A program made the position numbers and the translations under genes. This document shows, piece by piece, positions 10,569-20,361 of a stretch of 64,000 nucleotides of DNA. Source of the stretch: Armatimonadota bacterium (GTDB lineage: Bacteria; Armatimonadota; Fimbriimonadia; Fimbriimonadales; GBS-DC); contig JBBIML010000008.1 in NCBI GenBank assembly GCA_037444405.1, positions 154,957-218,956 on the forward strand, in the 5' to 3' direction. Numbering within the stretch: position 1 is the first letter of the stretch; each line of letters begins with the position of its first letter. The notes beneath the pieces are model-generated. The model saw nothing but the letters and a program-made list of their open reading frames with translations. It did not search any database and had not been told where the DNA came from.

Positions 10569-11634
10569 GCTGAGCTTTGCTCAGCTGCTCCATCCGTTCG
10601 CGGGCTTTGCGTTCGATGTTGCGCCAGATGCCGCGCAGTCCCATCGCCTGCTTCATCGCGTCCAGCGTCTCCTCACCGAGCTGGCGCACCTTGAGCGTGC
10701 CGGTGTAGATAATCTCTTCGACCAGCCCGCGCTCTTTCGCGAACTGGGCACGCCGCTCCCGAATCGGGTCCAAAAAGGCGTTGAGGGCGCGTGCCAGCTT
10801 CTCCTTGACCTCCACATCGCCCACGCGACCCGTGCGATACCGCTCCTTCAGGTCCTCCACTTCCTCTTTGTTCGGATTGAAGATGTCGTGATAGATGAAC
10901 ACGGGGTTGCCCTCCACCGTGCCCGGAATATGCGCATGGATGCGTTTGGGGTCAGTATACATCTGGCGCACCTTCTTCTCCACTGTTCTGGGGTCGTCCG
11001 AGAGGAAAATCGCGTTATTGAGGCTCTTGCTCATTTTGGCTTTGCCGTCGATGCCCACCAGCGTCGGCACCTCGCTGAGCATCACTTCCGGGATGGGGAA
11101 CACCTCGCCGTAGAGCGCGTTGAATCGGCGGGCGATTTCGCGTGTGACTTCCACATGCGCCTCGTTGTCCTTGCCGACGGGCACCAGATGCGCGCGGGGC
11201 ATCAGAATATCGGCAGCCTGCAACACGGGATAGCCGACCAGCCCGAACGGTAGCGCCTCCTCGTCGATGTGCGCCGCGCGTGCCATCTCCTTCAGGCTGG
11301 GCAGGCGCGTCAGACGCGGCAGGGTCACCAGCATCTCAAAAATCAGGTTCATCTCATACACCGCATGCACCGCCGACTGCAGGTAGATGGTGGACTTGCT
11401 CGGATCGATGCCGACCGCCAGATAGTCCAGCACCATCTCGCGGATGTTCTCGCGCATCTCCTCGATATCCTCGCGTGTGGGGCGCGTGGTCAGCATGTGC
11501 AGGTCGGCAATCAGGAAATAGCAATCGTACTCGTCCTGCAGTTTGACCCGATTCTGCAGGGAGCCGACATAGTGCCCCAGATGCAGTTTGCCCGTCGGTC
11601 GATCGCCTGTGAGAACCCGTTTGCGCTCGCTCAT
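10555..11634 (-). CDS. trpS: Tryptophan--tRNA ligase
   Basis: [24 protein letters not shown] and KMSKS motifs. Confidence 0.97.
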   Translation of the reverse strand: MSERKRVLTGDRPTGKLHLGHYVGSLQNRVKLQDEYDCYFLIADLHMLTTRPTREDIEEMRENIREMVLDYLAVGIDPSKSTIYLQSAVHAVYEMNLIFEMLVTLPRLTRLPSLKEMARAAHIDEEALPFGLVGYPVLQAADILMPRAHLVPVGKDNEAHVEVTREIARRFNALYGEVFPIPEVMLSEVPTLVGIDGKAKMSKSLNNAIFLSDDPRTVEKKVRQMYTDPKRIHAHIPGTVEGNPVFIYHDIFNPNKEEVEDLKERYRTGRVGDVEVKEKLARALNAFLDPIRERRAQFAKERGLVEEIIYTGTLKVRQLGEETLDAMKQAMGLRGIWRNIERKARERMEQLSKAQLTAG

Positions 11635-11695
11635 CAAATGGGATTATACCAGATTCTCGGTTCCGCGCGGGGTATACTCCAGCAGGAGGCGGACG

Positions 11696-12874
11696 ATGAG
11701 TGAGGCGTTGATTGTGGCGGCGGTGCGCACGCCGATTGGCAAGGCGCCGCGCGGGAGCCTGCGCCATACCCGACCGGATGAGCTGGCGGCGATAGCGATT
11801 CGCGCGGTGCTGGAGCGTGTGCCCGCACTGGAACCGGCGGAAGTGGACGATGTGATTTTCGGCTGTGCCACGCCCGAAGGCGAATCGGGCATGAACATCG
11901 CGCGGGTCGCTGCGCTGCGAGCGGGATTGCCCACCACTGTTCCGGGCGCGACGGTGAACCGTTTCTGCGCGTCGGGGCTGGAAGCGGTCGCGCTGGCAGC
12001 CGCCCGCATCCGCACGGGCGACGCCGATGTGATGATTGCTGGCGGCGTGGAGAGCATGAGCCGCGTGCCGTTTCTGGACATCCGTACCCATCCGAACCCC
12101 GCGCTGATGGTTTCCGCGCCCGACACCTATCTCAATATGGGGCTGAGCGTGGAGCAGCTGGCGAAAAAGTTCGGTATCACGCGCGAGCAAGCCGACGAGT
12201 TCGCCCTACAAAGCCACCAGAAAGCCGTCGCCGCGCAGGATTCGGGCAAGTTCAAAGACGAGATCGCCCCCGTGCAAACGGCATTACAGGAGGTCGATAA
12301 AAACGGTCGCCCCGTTACCATCCCCATCAGTCTGGAGCAGGACGAGGGACCCCGCCGCGACACGAGTCTGGACGCGCTGGCGAAGTTGAAGCCGGCGTTC
12401 CATCCGCAGGGCGTTATCACGGCGGGCAACGCCTCGCAGCGCAGCGATGGCGCGGCAGCCGTGCTGTTGATGAGCGAGCGCAGGGCACAGCAGCTGGGCA
12501 TCCAGCCGCTGGCACGCTTCGTGGGCTACGCTGTTACAGCCGTCGAGCCTGCCGACTTCGGTATCGCGCCCGCCTACGCCATCCCCAGACTGCTCCAGCG
12601 ATATAACCTGCGCATCGAGGACATCGACCGAATCGAGTTCAACGAGGCGTTCGCGGCGCAGGTGCTATCGGCAAACGCGGTCTATCCGCTGCCGATGGAG
12701 CGCGTGAATGTGCTGGGCGGCGCGATTGCGCTGGGGCACCCGCTCGGCTGCACGGGCGCTCGCCAGGTCGCCACCATCCTGTACGAGCTGCAGCGCACAG
12801 GCGGACGCTACGGGCTGATCACCATGTGCGCCGCGCTCGGCATGGGCGCCGCAGGGCTGATTGAACGGGTATAA
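11696..12874 (+). CDS. Acetyl-CoA C-acyltransferase (thiolase)
   Basis: NRFCASG, NEAFA, GAIALGHPLG and catalytic C-terminal Cys; SD AGGAGG before ATG 11696. Confidence 0.95.
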   Translation: MSEALIVAAVRTPIGKAPRGSLRHTRPDELAAIAIRAVLERVPALEPAEVDDVIFGCATPEGESGMNIARVAALRAGLPTTVPGATVNRFCASGLEAVALAAARIRTGDADVMIAGGVESMSRVPFLDIRTHPNPALMVSAPDTYLNMGLSVEQLAKKFGITREQADEFALQSHQKAVAAQDSGKFKDEIAPVQTALQEVDKNGRPVTIPISLEQDEGPRRDTSLDALAKLKPAFHPQGVITAGNASQRSDGAAAVLLMSERRAQQLGIQPLARFVGYAVTAVEPADFGIAPAYAIPRLLQRYNLRIEDIDRIEFNEAFAAQVLSANAVYPLPMERVNVLGGAIALGHPLGCTGARQVATILYELQRTGGRYGLITMCAALGMGAAGLIERV

Positions 12875-12893
12875 TCTGAACGGAGGTCTGGCA

Positions 12894-14873
12894 ATGAAGC
12901 CCGCAACAATCGAAACTGGCACATTACCGAAACTGGAGCTATTGCGCATCATGCTGCTCGCGCGGGAAGGCGACCGGCGCGAGGGCATTTTAATGCGGCA
13001 GGGCAAGGGCTGGTTCCAGGTGCCCGCTATGGGGCACGAGGCGCTGGCGGCGATTATGTACCACCTGCGCCCTGATGACATCATCTTCCCGACCTATCGC
13101 GACCGTGCGATGATGCTGGCGCGCGGAATAACGCCCTATCAGATGGCGCTCGATTTTCTGGCGCGCACGGGCTCCAGCTCCGAAGGGCGCAATATGCCCG
13201 CCCACTACACCTCGAAAGCGCTCAATGTGTTCGGTTTTGCCACCCCCACGGGTTCCCAGTGCCTGCCCGCTGCAGGCGCCGCATGGGGCGTCAAGATGGC
13301 AGGCGGTGACCGCGTGGTGCTGTGCAACATCGGCGACGCCGCCTGCCGCCAGGGCGAGTTCTATGAAGCCGTCTGCTTTGCCATTCAGGAGAAGTTGCCG
13401 ATTGTGTTCGTGGTGGAGGACAACCAGTACGGCATCAGCACACCCACGCGCCGTATGCTGCCGATGCGCCTGCAGGTGTTCGACGAGCGCTGGGTGATGT
13501 TTGTCAATGGACGCGATCCGATAGAGGTATACGAGAAGAGCGGTGAAGCCATTCGCCGCGCCCGACGGGGCGAGGGACCGACCATCCTCTGGTGCGAGCT
13601 GGATCGGCTTAGCCCGCACACCAGCGCGGACGACCACCGCGTCTATCGACCCGCCGAAGAGATTGAGGCGATGTTCCAGCGCGACCCGATCAAGCTCTTC
13701 GCGGAACGGTTGATCGCTGAAGGCATTCTGACCGAAGCCCAGTACCAGCAGCTGCAGGACGAAATCGCTCGCGAGATCGATCGGGTTTACCAGCAGGCGG
13801 AGCGAGTGCCCCTGCCCGATCCCGCGCGCGTGATGGAGCATCTGTACGGCGAACCCGTGCAGAGCTATCGCCCGATGCCGCTGGAACCCGAATCGGAGCC
13901 GACCACGATGGTCGCCGCCATCAATCGCACCCTGCACGCCGCGCTGGAGACCTTTCCTGAAGTTATTCTGTTCGGCGAAGATATCGAAGACCCGAAAGGC
14001 GGCGTGTTCGGCTTCACCAAAGGGCTGAGTTCGCGTTTCCCCGGGCGCGTGGTCAACTCCCCGCTGGCAGAGGCGACGATTGTGGGCACCGCTGTCGGAC
14101 TGGCAGCGTTCGGCTACCGACCCGTGTTCGAAATCCAGTTCATCGACTTCATCACGCCGGGCTTCCATCAACTCGTGACGCAGGTTGCAACGCTGCGCTG
14201 GCGCACGAACGGCGAATGGAGCTGCCCGCTGGTGATTTATGCGCCGTATGGCGCCTATCTGCCCGCAGGCGGTCCGTGGCACAGCCAGAGCAACGACGGC
14301 TGGTGGGCGCACATTCCGGGACTGCGCGTCGCCATTCCCAGCACGCCTGAAGATGTCGCCGGGCTGTTCTGGGCTGCCATCCAGGACCCCGACCCCTCGC
14401 TGATACTGATCCCCAAGCACATCTTCCGCGTGCGCCATCCCGTGCGCGAATACAAACCGCTGCCCTTCGGCAAAGCTGCCATTCGGCGCACGGGCAAAGA
14501 TGTAACGGTGGTGGCGTGGGGCAACACACTGGAGCTGGCGGAACAGGCTGCCGAACAGCTCGCGCCCGAAGGCATCGAGCTGGAGATTATCGACCTGCGC
14601 ACGCTCGTGCCCTGCGACTGGGAGACCATCGAAGCGTCGCTGCGCAAAACGGGGCGACTGGTGGTCATCCATGAGGACAGTCGCACCTGCGGCTTCGGAC
14701 AGGCAATCATCAGCGAGATGACCAGCGTTCCGGAGCGGTTCAACCTGCTGCTCTCGCCGCCCCAGCTGGTCGCCCGCTACGATGTGCATATCCCCTACTG
14801 TCCGGAGCTGGAGTATGCCGTGCTACCCGATCTCAAGCGGGTGCTGCAGGCAATCTACACAGTGATGGAGTGA
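12894..14873 (+). CDS. 2-oxoacid (branched-chain-type) dehydrogenase E1, fused alpha+beta
   Basis: TPP-binding GDA...N motif in the N-half; GEDI..PKGGVFG, SPLAEA, EIQFIDF and HSQS in the C-half. Confidence 0.92.
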   Translation: MKPATIETGTLPKLELLRIMLLAREGDRREGILMRQGKGWFQVPAMGHEALAAIMYHLRPDDIIFPTYRDRAMMLARGITPYQMALDFLARTGSSSEGRNMPAHYTSKALNVFGFATPTGSQCLPAAGAAWGVKMAGGDRVVLCNIGDAACRQGEFYEAVCFAIQEKLPIVFVVEDNQYGISTPTRRMLPMRLQVFDERWVMFVNGRDPIEVYEKSGEAIRRARRGEGPTILWCELDRLSPHTSADDHRVYRPAEEIEAMFQRDPIKLFAERLIAEGILTEAQYQQLQDEIAREIDRVYQQAERVPLPDPARVMEHLYGEPVQSYRPMPLEPESEPTTMVAAINRTLHAALETFPEVILFGEDIEDPKGGVFGFTKGLSSRFPGRVVNSPLAEATIVGTAVGLAAFGYRPVFEIQFIDFITPGFHQLVTQVATLRWRTNGEWSCPLVIYAPYGAYLPAGGPWHSQSNDGWWAHIPGLRVAIPSTPEDVAGLFWAAIQDPDPSLILIPKHIFRVRHPVREYKPLPFGKAAIRRTGKDVTVVAWGNTLELAEQAAEQLAPEGIELEIIDLRTLVPCDWETIEASLRKTGRLVVIHEDSRTCGFGQAIISEMTSVPERFNLLLSPPQLVARYDVHIPYCPELEYAVLPDLKRVLQAIYTVME

Positions 14874-14879
14874 GGTTGC

Positions 14880-15941
14880 GTGAGCGCGGTTAAACGGCGT
14901 GTGCGTCCGACGCTGGAGGCGGTTGCCCGCGCGGCGGGCGTCTCGATCGGCACGGCATCCAACATTCTGGGCGCGAAGGCGACCCTGCACAGCCCCCAGA
15001 CGGTGGAGCGCGTGCTGACCGTCGCCCGTCAGCTCGGCTACCGCCCGAACCGCATCGCGCGCAGCCTCGCCGCCCGCCGCAGCCAGACCATCGGCATCAT
15101 CATGGAGCCGATGCACGCCGTCTTCACCCGCAACGAGTACGCCACCGCCGTGCTGGATGGCGTCGTCGACTGCTTCACGCCCGAAGGCTACCACATCAAA
15201 ATCATCACGCTGCGCGACCTGCACCCGCGCACGCTGTGGGCGCAGATCGACGACGGCACCATCGACGGCGCGATTTTAATCGCGCCCCTCATCGACAGCC
15301 CCCTGCTCAAGTGGCACGAGCATACGCAGCTGCCCTGCGTGGTGGTCGGCAGCGCACTGCCCGAATCGCTCGGCTTCTACTGCATCGATTCGGATAGCGA
15401 GGGCATGATCACGCGCGTGGTGGACTGGCTGGTGCAGCTGGGGCATCGGCGCATCGGCTTCCTGCAGGGACCGGCGGAGCAGTGGAGCGCGCGCCAGCGC
15501 GAGGCGGCGTACCGTCAGGCGATGGCGGCGCACGGTATTGCTATCCGCGAGGAATGGCTGGCGCGCGGCTTCTACACGCAGGAGGGCGGACAGCTTGCCA
15601 CCGAGCAGCTGCTAACGGTGCGCCCGCGCCTCACTGCTATCATCGCCAGCAACGACCCGATGGCGCTCGGCGCACTGGAAGCCTGCCGACAGCATGGTAT
15701 TCGCGTGCCCGAAGAGATGTCTATCGTCGGCTTCGACGATATGCCGCTCGCCGCGCTCACCAACCCGCCTCTGACCACTGTCCGCAACCCCATCCACGAG
15801 ATTGGCTACCATGCCGCGCAGGCGCTGCTGGAACAGATACAAACAGGCGAAGCCCGACGCGGCAACTGCCTGCTGAAAGGCGAACTCGTCGTCCGCCAGA
15901 GCGCCGCCCCACCCATTGGCACGAGCAGGGATTGCATGTAG
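14880..15941 (+). CDS. LacI-family transcriptional regulator
   Basis: HTH TLEAVARAAGVSIGTAS; LGYRPN, GHRRIG, SIVGFDD and PLTTV motifs. Confidence 0.95.
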   Translation: MSAVKRRVRPTLEAVARAAGVSIGTASNILGAKATLHSPQTVERVLTVARQLGYRPNRIARSLAARRSQTIGIIMEPMHAVFTRNEYATAVLDGVVDCFTPEGYHIKIITLRDLHPRTLWAQIDDGTIDGAILIAPLIDSPLLKWHEHTQLPCVVVGSALPESLGFYCIDSDSEGMITRVVDWLVQLGHRRIGFLQGPAEQWSARQREAAYRQAMAAHGIAIREEWLARGFYTQEGGQLATEQLLTVRPRLTAIIASNDPMALGALEACRQHGIRVPEEMSIVGFDDMPLAALTNPPLTTVRNPIHEIGYHAAQALLEQIQTGEARRGNCLLKGELVVRQSAAPPIGTSRDCM

Positions 15942-15973
15942 TCCATCGAAAAACCTGAGCAGGGTGATAGAAC

Positions 15974-16786
15974 ATGCCAGTGGCATTGCGATGGCTGATT
16001 ATCAGCGCATGGGCGAGCGCTCTGCTGATGGGTGGCTCCGCCGCCGATGACCCTCTCCAGCAAACCGTCACCTTCGACCAGCCCGCCCAGAGCGTTCGGC
16101 GACTGCTTCAGGCGCTCTCCCGCCAGACGGGCATCAAGCTGTTCGCGTTTCAATTCGTGCGCGCGCTGACGCCGGAACAGCTCACGCAGCTGCAGGCGGG
16201 TAAGACGCTCACCGTCGCCGATTTAAAACCGCCCCAGCGTGCCCTGCTGAACCACGAAATCTACGAGGTGGGTATTCTCATCGACCTCGAACATGAGGGC
16301 GCAACTCGCGCGGGACCATCGGAGCGACTCTGCCAGCTGCCGCACGCTTTTTACCCCGATGGCTTGCCACCAGACACCACGCTGAAACTTGCATCGGGCG
16401 ACTCGTCGCTGGGGCTGTTTACCGAGCGCAAGCTGGGCGTGTGGGGGGTGTGCCGCTCCCTCGACAATATCGCCTCCGAGATGCAAATCGTTGAGAGCTT
16501 CCAGAGCGAGGAGTCGGATGCGGCGTTGCCTGAATATGCTCAGGAAATCAAAGCGCGCTATGCGCAGGCACTGATGCCCGCCCGATTCCAGCTGTTCACG
16601 CTGGAGGTGCGCCCTGCAGCACGGCGCCGAATCGATCTGCCGATGGAGCGATGGCGCGGCTTCGGCGACCATGAGCCGCTGACAAACACCAGCGCCGCCC
16701 CGCTGGATAAACTGCCCGCCGACTTCAAACAAAAACTTGAAGAAGCAAAACGCAGGCTGAAGGAAGGCGGCGAAACGGACGATTGA
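15974..16786 (+). CDS. Secreted hypothetical protein
   Basis: Signal peptide followed by an STN-like start (QTVTFD...LLQALSRQTGIKL); no clear family. Confidence 0.6.
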   Translation: MPVALRWLIISAWASALLMGGSAADDPLQQTVTFDQPAQSVRRLLQALSRQTGIKLFAFQFVRALTPEQLTQLQAGKTLTVADLKPPQRALLNHEIYEVGILIDLEHEGATRAGPSERLCQLPHAFYPDGLPPDTTLKLASGDSSLGLFTERKLGVWGVCRSLDNIASEMQIVESFQSEESDAALPEYAQEIKARYAQALMPARFQLFTLEVRPAARRRIDLPMERWRGFGDHEPLTNTSAAPLDKLPADFKQKLEEAKRRLKEGGETDD

Positions 16787-16793
16787 AGGGCAT

Positions 16794-16820
16794 GGAGGGG
16801 CGCACGGCGGTGCGCCCTGC
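16794..16820. repeat. GTAG-type REP-like hairpin (degenerate)
   Basis: GGAGGGGCGCAC-GGCG-GTGCGCCCTGC between convergent genes; related to 18268-18295 and 26349-26376. Confidence 0.55.
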
Positions 16821-16826
16821 AATCTG

Positions 16827-18236
16827 TTATGGCGGCTCGATTTCGCTGTAGAGGGGACTGTCGGCGCGGCGGTAGAGACGCTGCAGGCATGTCCAGGGCA
16901 GGTCGGCTGGCAGCGCTCGCAGAAACTCGCTGAGCTGCTGCTCGCCCAAAGCGCCATCTGCCAGATAGCGCGCCCGATACCAGTTCAGCAGATAGCGCTC
17001 CTGCATCGACGGATGGACAGAACCGTCAGGCACATACACGGGCACGCCGCGATTGGAAACGATTGTTAGCCGCAACGCGCCGACACGCTCGGGCAGTCGG
17101 GGCAGCCCCACGCTGTGGATAAAAAGGTCAACTCCCACCGTCTGCCAGCCCTCTGCCTCAGCGGAGGCGACAGACGGCGGCACGATAATGGCTGGCTCCG
17201 CAGGCTCCGAATCGGGGCGGGATCTGTCCGTGCGGCGGGGCAGATGGCTGATGACCGCCAGTGTGAACTCGCGCGTGGTGGCGTTGCCGCCCAGATCGCG
17301 CGTCTTGATGCCCGACACCAGCGTGTAGCGCAACGCGCTCTCCACACGCTCAGCGTCCTCGTGTAATCCCAGATGGTGCAGCATCTGAACCGCCGAGAGC
17401 AGAATCGCCGTCGGGTTCGCGATACCCCGCCCCGCTATATCGGGCGCGGAGCCATGCACTGCCTCGAACACCGCATAACCGTTGCCGATGTTGCCCCCCG
17501 GCGCCACGCCCAGCCCGCCCACCAGACCCGCGCACAAATCGCTCACAATGTCGCCAAACAGGTTCGGCAAAATCAGCACATCGAACCGCTCCGGGTGCGT
17601 TACCAGCTGCAGGCAGGCGTTGTCAATCAGAATATCGTCCGTTTCCAGGTCAGGATAGTCCTGTGCCACCTCGCGAAAGGTCTGCAGGAACAGCCCGTCG
17701 GTAATCTTGTGGATGTTGGCTTTGTGAACGCAGGTGATTTTACGCCGTTTGAGCCGTCGCGCCAGCTCAAAAGCGTATCGAATAACCATCTGCGAGCCGG
17801 GGCGCGTAATGATGCGCAGCGACTCAGTTACATCGGGCGTCTGCCAGTATTCGACGCCCGCATAGGTGTCCTCGATGTTCTCCCGCACCAGAATGATGTC
17901 CACATTCCCGTATCGGCTGGGGATGCCCGGCAGGGAGCGAGTGGGGCGCACATTGGCAAAGAGGTCGAACGCCTGACGGATGGCAACATTGATGCTGCGA
18001 TGCCCCGTGCCGATGGGCGTGGTGGTGGGTCCCTTGAGGGCGACCCGATTGCGCCGGATCGATTCGAGCGTCGCTTCGGGCAGGGGGTCGCCAAACTTCT
18101 GCAGGCAGGCTAAACCCGCTTCCGCCTCTTCCCACTCGATGGGCACGCCCGCCGCCTCCAGCACCTGCACCACCGACTCGGTGATCTCGGGACCTATCCC
18201 GTCGCCACGAATCAGCGTAACGCGCCGCTTGCTCAT
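16827..18236 (-). CDS. icd: Isocitrate dehydrogenase with C-terminal extension
   Basis: GDGIGPEI, LKGPTTTP, RENIED, HKANIHK, NLFGDIVSD and EAVHGSAPDIAG motifs; tail VGVDLF...SNRG typical of Thermus/Rickettsia-type IDH. Confidence 0.92.
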   Translation of the reverse strand: MSKRRVTLIRGDGIGPEITESVVQVLEAAGVPIEWEEAEAGLACLQKFGDPLPEATLESIRRNRVALKGPTTTPIGTGHRSINVAIRQAFDLFANVRPTRSLPGIPSRYGNVDIILVRENIEDTYAGVEYWQTPDVTESLRIITRPGSQMVIRYAFELARRLKRRKITCVHKANIHKITDGLFLQTFREVAQDYPDLETDDILIDNACLQLVTHPERFDVLILPNLFGDIVSDLCAGLVGGLGVAPGGNIGNGYAVFEAVHGSAPDIAGRGIANPTAILLSAVQMLHHLGLHEDAERVESALRYTLVSGIKTRDLGGNATTREFTLAVISHLPRRTDRSRPDSEPAEPAIIVPPSVASAEAEGWQTVGVDLFIHSVGLPRLPERVGALRLTIVSNRGVPVYVPDGSVHPSMQERYLLNWYRARYLADGALGEQQLSEFLRALPADLPWTCLQRLYRRADSPLYSEIEPP

Positions 18237-18267
18237 CGTCGAAATTGTACCTGCTCATGGCGAGCTG

Positions 18268-18295
18268 GCAGGATCGCGCCGCTGTGCGCCCCTAC
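18268..18295 (-). repeat. GTAG-type REP-like element overlapping the PilC/GspF stop codon
   Basis: Minus strand GTAGGGGCGCACAGCGGCGCG; its TAG is the stop codon of the upstream gene. Confidence 0.5.
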
Positions 18296-19572
18296 TCGTT
18301 CACAAGCTCGTTCACAAACTCGAAAAGATTGCCGTAATAGCCCTGAAAGTAGCCGATGCAGTTGATGCCGACCGTCAAAATGATAATCAGCAGGGCGAAG
18401 CGCGTGATGGAGAATCGGTACATGCGGGCGGCGCCCTCACAGCGTGCTTCGTAGAGCTGTGCCAGCCGACCCAGCATGCCGACCACATCGCCTGTTTGCA
18501 CGCCTGTGCTGATGAGTGTGATCTCGTCGGGCTGAAAGAGGCGCGTGTCGGCAAGCGCGATGTCGATGGGCATGGAACGCTCCCCCTCAAACAGGCGCAG
18601 ATTAAGCAGCGATTCGGCAATGGCGCGGTTGGGCACCGCGCTCGCTGCCAGATTCCATGCGGTGCCGGGAGCGACGCCCGCGTTCAGCAGGCGCATCAGA
18701 TGTTCCACGAAAAACTGGAGCGCACGGGCGCGAATCCAGTCGCTGTAGCCCCACAGATAGGGCACGGCGAGCGATGCCATCGAGCGCCACCGCTCTGTCC
18801 GCGCCGAACGCGCGAACAGCCACCAGCCAAGCCACAACAACAGCACGACGATCCAGAAGGGCACCCCGTAATACAGCACCAGCTTCAGCCACGCCTGCAA
18901 ATAGGCGGCGACGGGACTCATCTGCGGCGATTGTGTGTAGAGTTTCAGCCCCTGCAGGAAGGCGGCGGATGCGGGCGCCACCATCGGCACCACGATAATG
19001 GCGTTGATGAGCAGCAGGCGCGGCATCCAGAACCAGCGGCGGCGTTTCACCCGTTCCTCAAAGAAGGCCGCCAGCTGGTTACAGACATCGGGCAGGTAGC
19101 CGCCCATCTCCGCGGCGCGAATCGCGCCCTGCACGAATGCGGGGAACAGCTGGGGAAACTGCTCCATCCCGCTGGAGAGCGGTTCGCCGCGCTGCGCCAT
19201 GCGCGCTATCTGCATGCATGCTTCCTGCAGGCGCTCGTCGGGCACGCGGCGACTCAGATACAGGCAGGCGTCGCCCACCGTGTAGCCCGCTTTCAGGAAG
19301 CTGGCGAGCTGCGCGAAGAGCAATCCGAGCGAGTGGTCGCTCACCGCCGCGCTCTCCCACTGACTCGGCGCGGTGGGTGCGGCAGGTTGCGCGGGCGCGG
19401 GGCCTGCCAGCGTCGCCACGCTGGGCGGCGAGCGCACCTCCACCAGTTGCTGAACCAGCAAACCCTGCGCCTGTAGCAGTCGCTGGGCGTTGAGCGGGTT
19501 GTCTGCCTGCACCGTGCCCGTCTGCGGGCGCCCCGCCCGATCAATCGCCTGATAGCGATAGGTGCGCTTCAT
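18292..19572 (-). CDS. Type II secretion F / PilC-family platform protein
   Basis: YRYQAIDRAG N-terminus; QLASFLKAG, G.PLS, AAEMGG; two T2SSF repeats with TM segments. Confidence 0.88.
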   Translation of the reverse strand: MKRTYRYQAIDRAGRPQTGTVQADNPLNAQRLLQAQGLLVQQLVEVRSPPSVATLAGPAPAQPAAPTAPSQWESAAVSDHSLGLLFAQLASFLKAGYTVGDACLYLSRRVPDERLQEACMQIARMAQRGEPLSSGMEQFPQLFPAFVQGAIRAAEMGGYLPDVCNQLAAFFEERVKRRRWFWMPRLLLINAIIVVPMVAPASAAFLQGLKLYTQSPQMSPVAAYLQAWLKLVLYYGVPFWIVVLLLWLGWWLFARSARTERWRSMASLAVPYLWGYSDWIRARALQFFVEHLMRLLNAGVAPGTAWNLAASAVPNRAIAESLLNLRLFEGERSMPIDIALADTRLFQPDEITLISTGVQTGDVVGMLGRLAQLYEARCEGAARMYRFSITRFALLIIILTVGINCIGYFQGYYGNLFEFVNELVNE

Positions 19573-20053
19573 AGGGGCGGATCTCCTGCGCCTGCACAGC
19601 GGGGTTGGCTAACAGCGCGCGCACGGGCGTGCCGTCGGGCAGCACATAGTCAGGCGTCATCTCGAAGAGGGGCACCAGCACGAACGCCCGCTCGCGCATC
19701 ATGGGATGCGGGATGGTTAACCGCTCGCTTTGCAGGGTAAGATGGTCATAAAGGATGATGTCGATGTCTAACGGTCGGGGCATCCAGCGCTGGGCTGTGT
19801 TGGTGCGTCCGAGTTCGTGTTCCAGCGCTTTGAGCGCGTCCAGCAAATCGTACGGGCTTAGCTCGGTCTCCGCCCACATGCCGAGATTGAGGTAGGGGCG
19901 TGGGTCAGGCGTCTCGCCGATGGGCGCGGTCTCGTACACACGCGAAATCTGACGCGGGTAAACCCCATACGCGGGCAGCCGCTCGATGCCTGCCTGCAGG
20001 TTCTTCAGCCGATTGCCCAGATTGGAGCCGAGACTGAGATAGACCCGCACCAT
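19541..20053 (-). CDS. folK: 2-amino-4-hydroxy-6-hydroxymethyldihydropteridine diphosphokinase
   Basis: YLSLGSNLG, YETAP, PRPLDIDII and PHP..ERAFVLVP motifs. The true ATG is at 20053; the longer ORF call runs through the tRNAs. Confidence 0.95.
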   Translation of the reverse strand: MVRVYLSLGSNLGNRLKNLQAGIERLPAYGVYPRQISRVYETAPIGETPDPRPYLNLGMWAETELSPYDLLDALKALEHELGRTNTAQRWMPRPLDIDIILYDHLTLQSERLTIPHPMMRERAFVLVPLFEMTPDYVLPDGTPVRALLANPAVQAQEIRPYEAHLSLSGD

Positions 20054-20065
20054 CGTGGTTGTAGA

Positions 20066-20140
20066 TGGTGGGCGGTGCTGGACTTGAACCAGCGACCTCC
20101 TCGGTGTGAACGAGGCGCTCTGCCACTGAGCTAACCGCCC
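20066..20140 (-). tRNA. tRNA-Val(CAC)
   Basis: GGGCGGTTAGCTCAGTGGCAGAGC...CCTCG-TTCACAC-CGAGG...GGTTCAAGTCC...CCCACCA cloverleaf with encoded CCA. Confidence 0.96.
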
Positions 20141-20143
20141 TGC

Positions 20144-20229
20144 TGGTGCGCGGGGTGGGACTCGAACCCACACGGGCTGCGCCCACATGGCCCTCAACCA
20201 TGCGTGTCTACCAGTTCCACCACCCGCGC
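20144..20229 (-). tRNA. tRNA-Leu(GAG)
   Basis: GCGCGGGTGGTGGAACTGGTAGAC...CATGG-TTGAGGG-CCATG, long variable arm, GGTTCGAGTCC, CCA. Confidence 0.96.
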
Positions 20230-20240
20230 TATGCGATTCG

Positions 20241-20271
20241 ATTATACCCCATCGCCATGCACGACTGTCAA
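20241..20271 (-). promoter_or_regulatory. sigma70-type promoter of the tRNA-Leu/Val operon
   Basis: TTGACA(20271-20266)-N19-TATAAT(20246-20241), 11 nt before tRNA-Leu. Confidence 0.75.
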
Positions 20272-20324
20272 GGGGTTGTGAGGCTGTTCGAAAAATTCGG
20301 GGCATAATATCGACCTGAGTGAAG

Positions 20325-20361
20325 CCCCCTCACCCGTACCTTCGCCCCATCCGGGGAGGGG
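20325..20361. repeat. CCCTCACCC-family repeat copy
   Basis: CCCCCTCACCCGTACC...GGGGAGGGG matches the reverse complement of 60021-60061. Confidence 0.65.

Noticed and set aside
12990..14789. Long antisense or alternate-frame ORFs (e.g. 12990-14789, 17980-19476, 21519-23363, 48452-49945, 55080-57044)
   Set aside because: Shadow ORFs of real genes, expected in GC-rich DNA; no motifs or start signals.
20054..20305. N-terminal extension of folK in the ORF track
   Set aside because: It runs through two tRNA genes; the FolK motif starts at ATG 20053.
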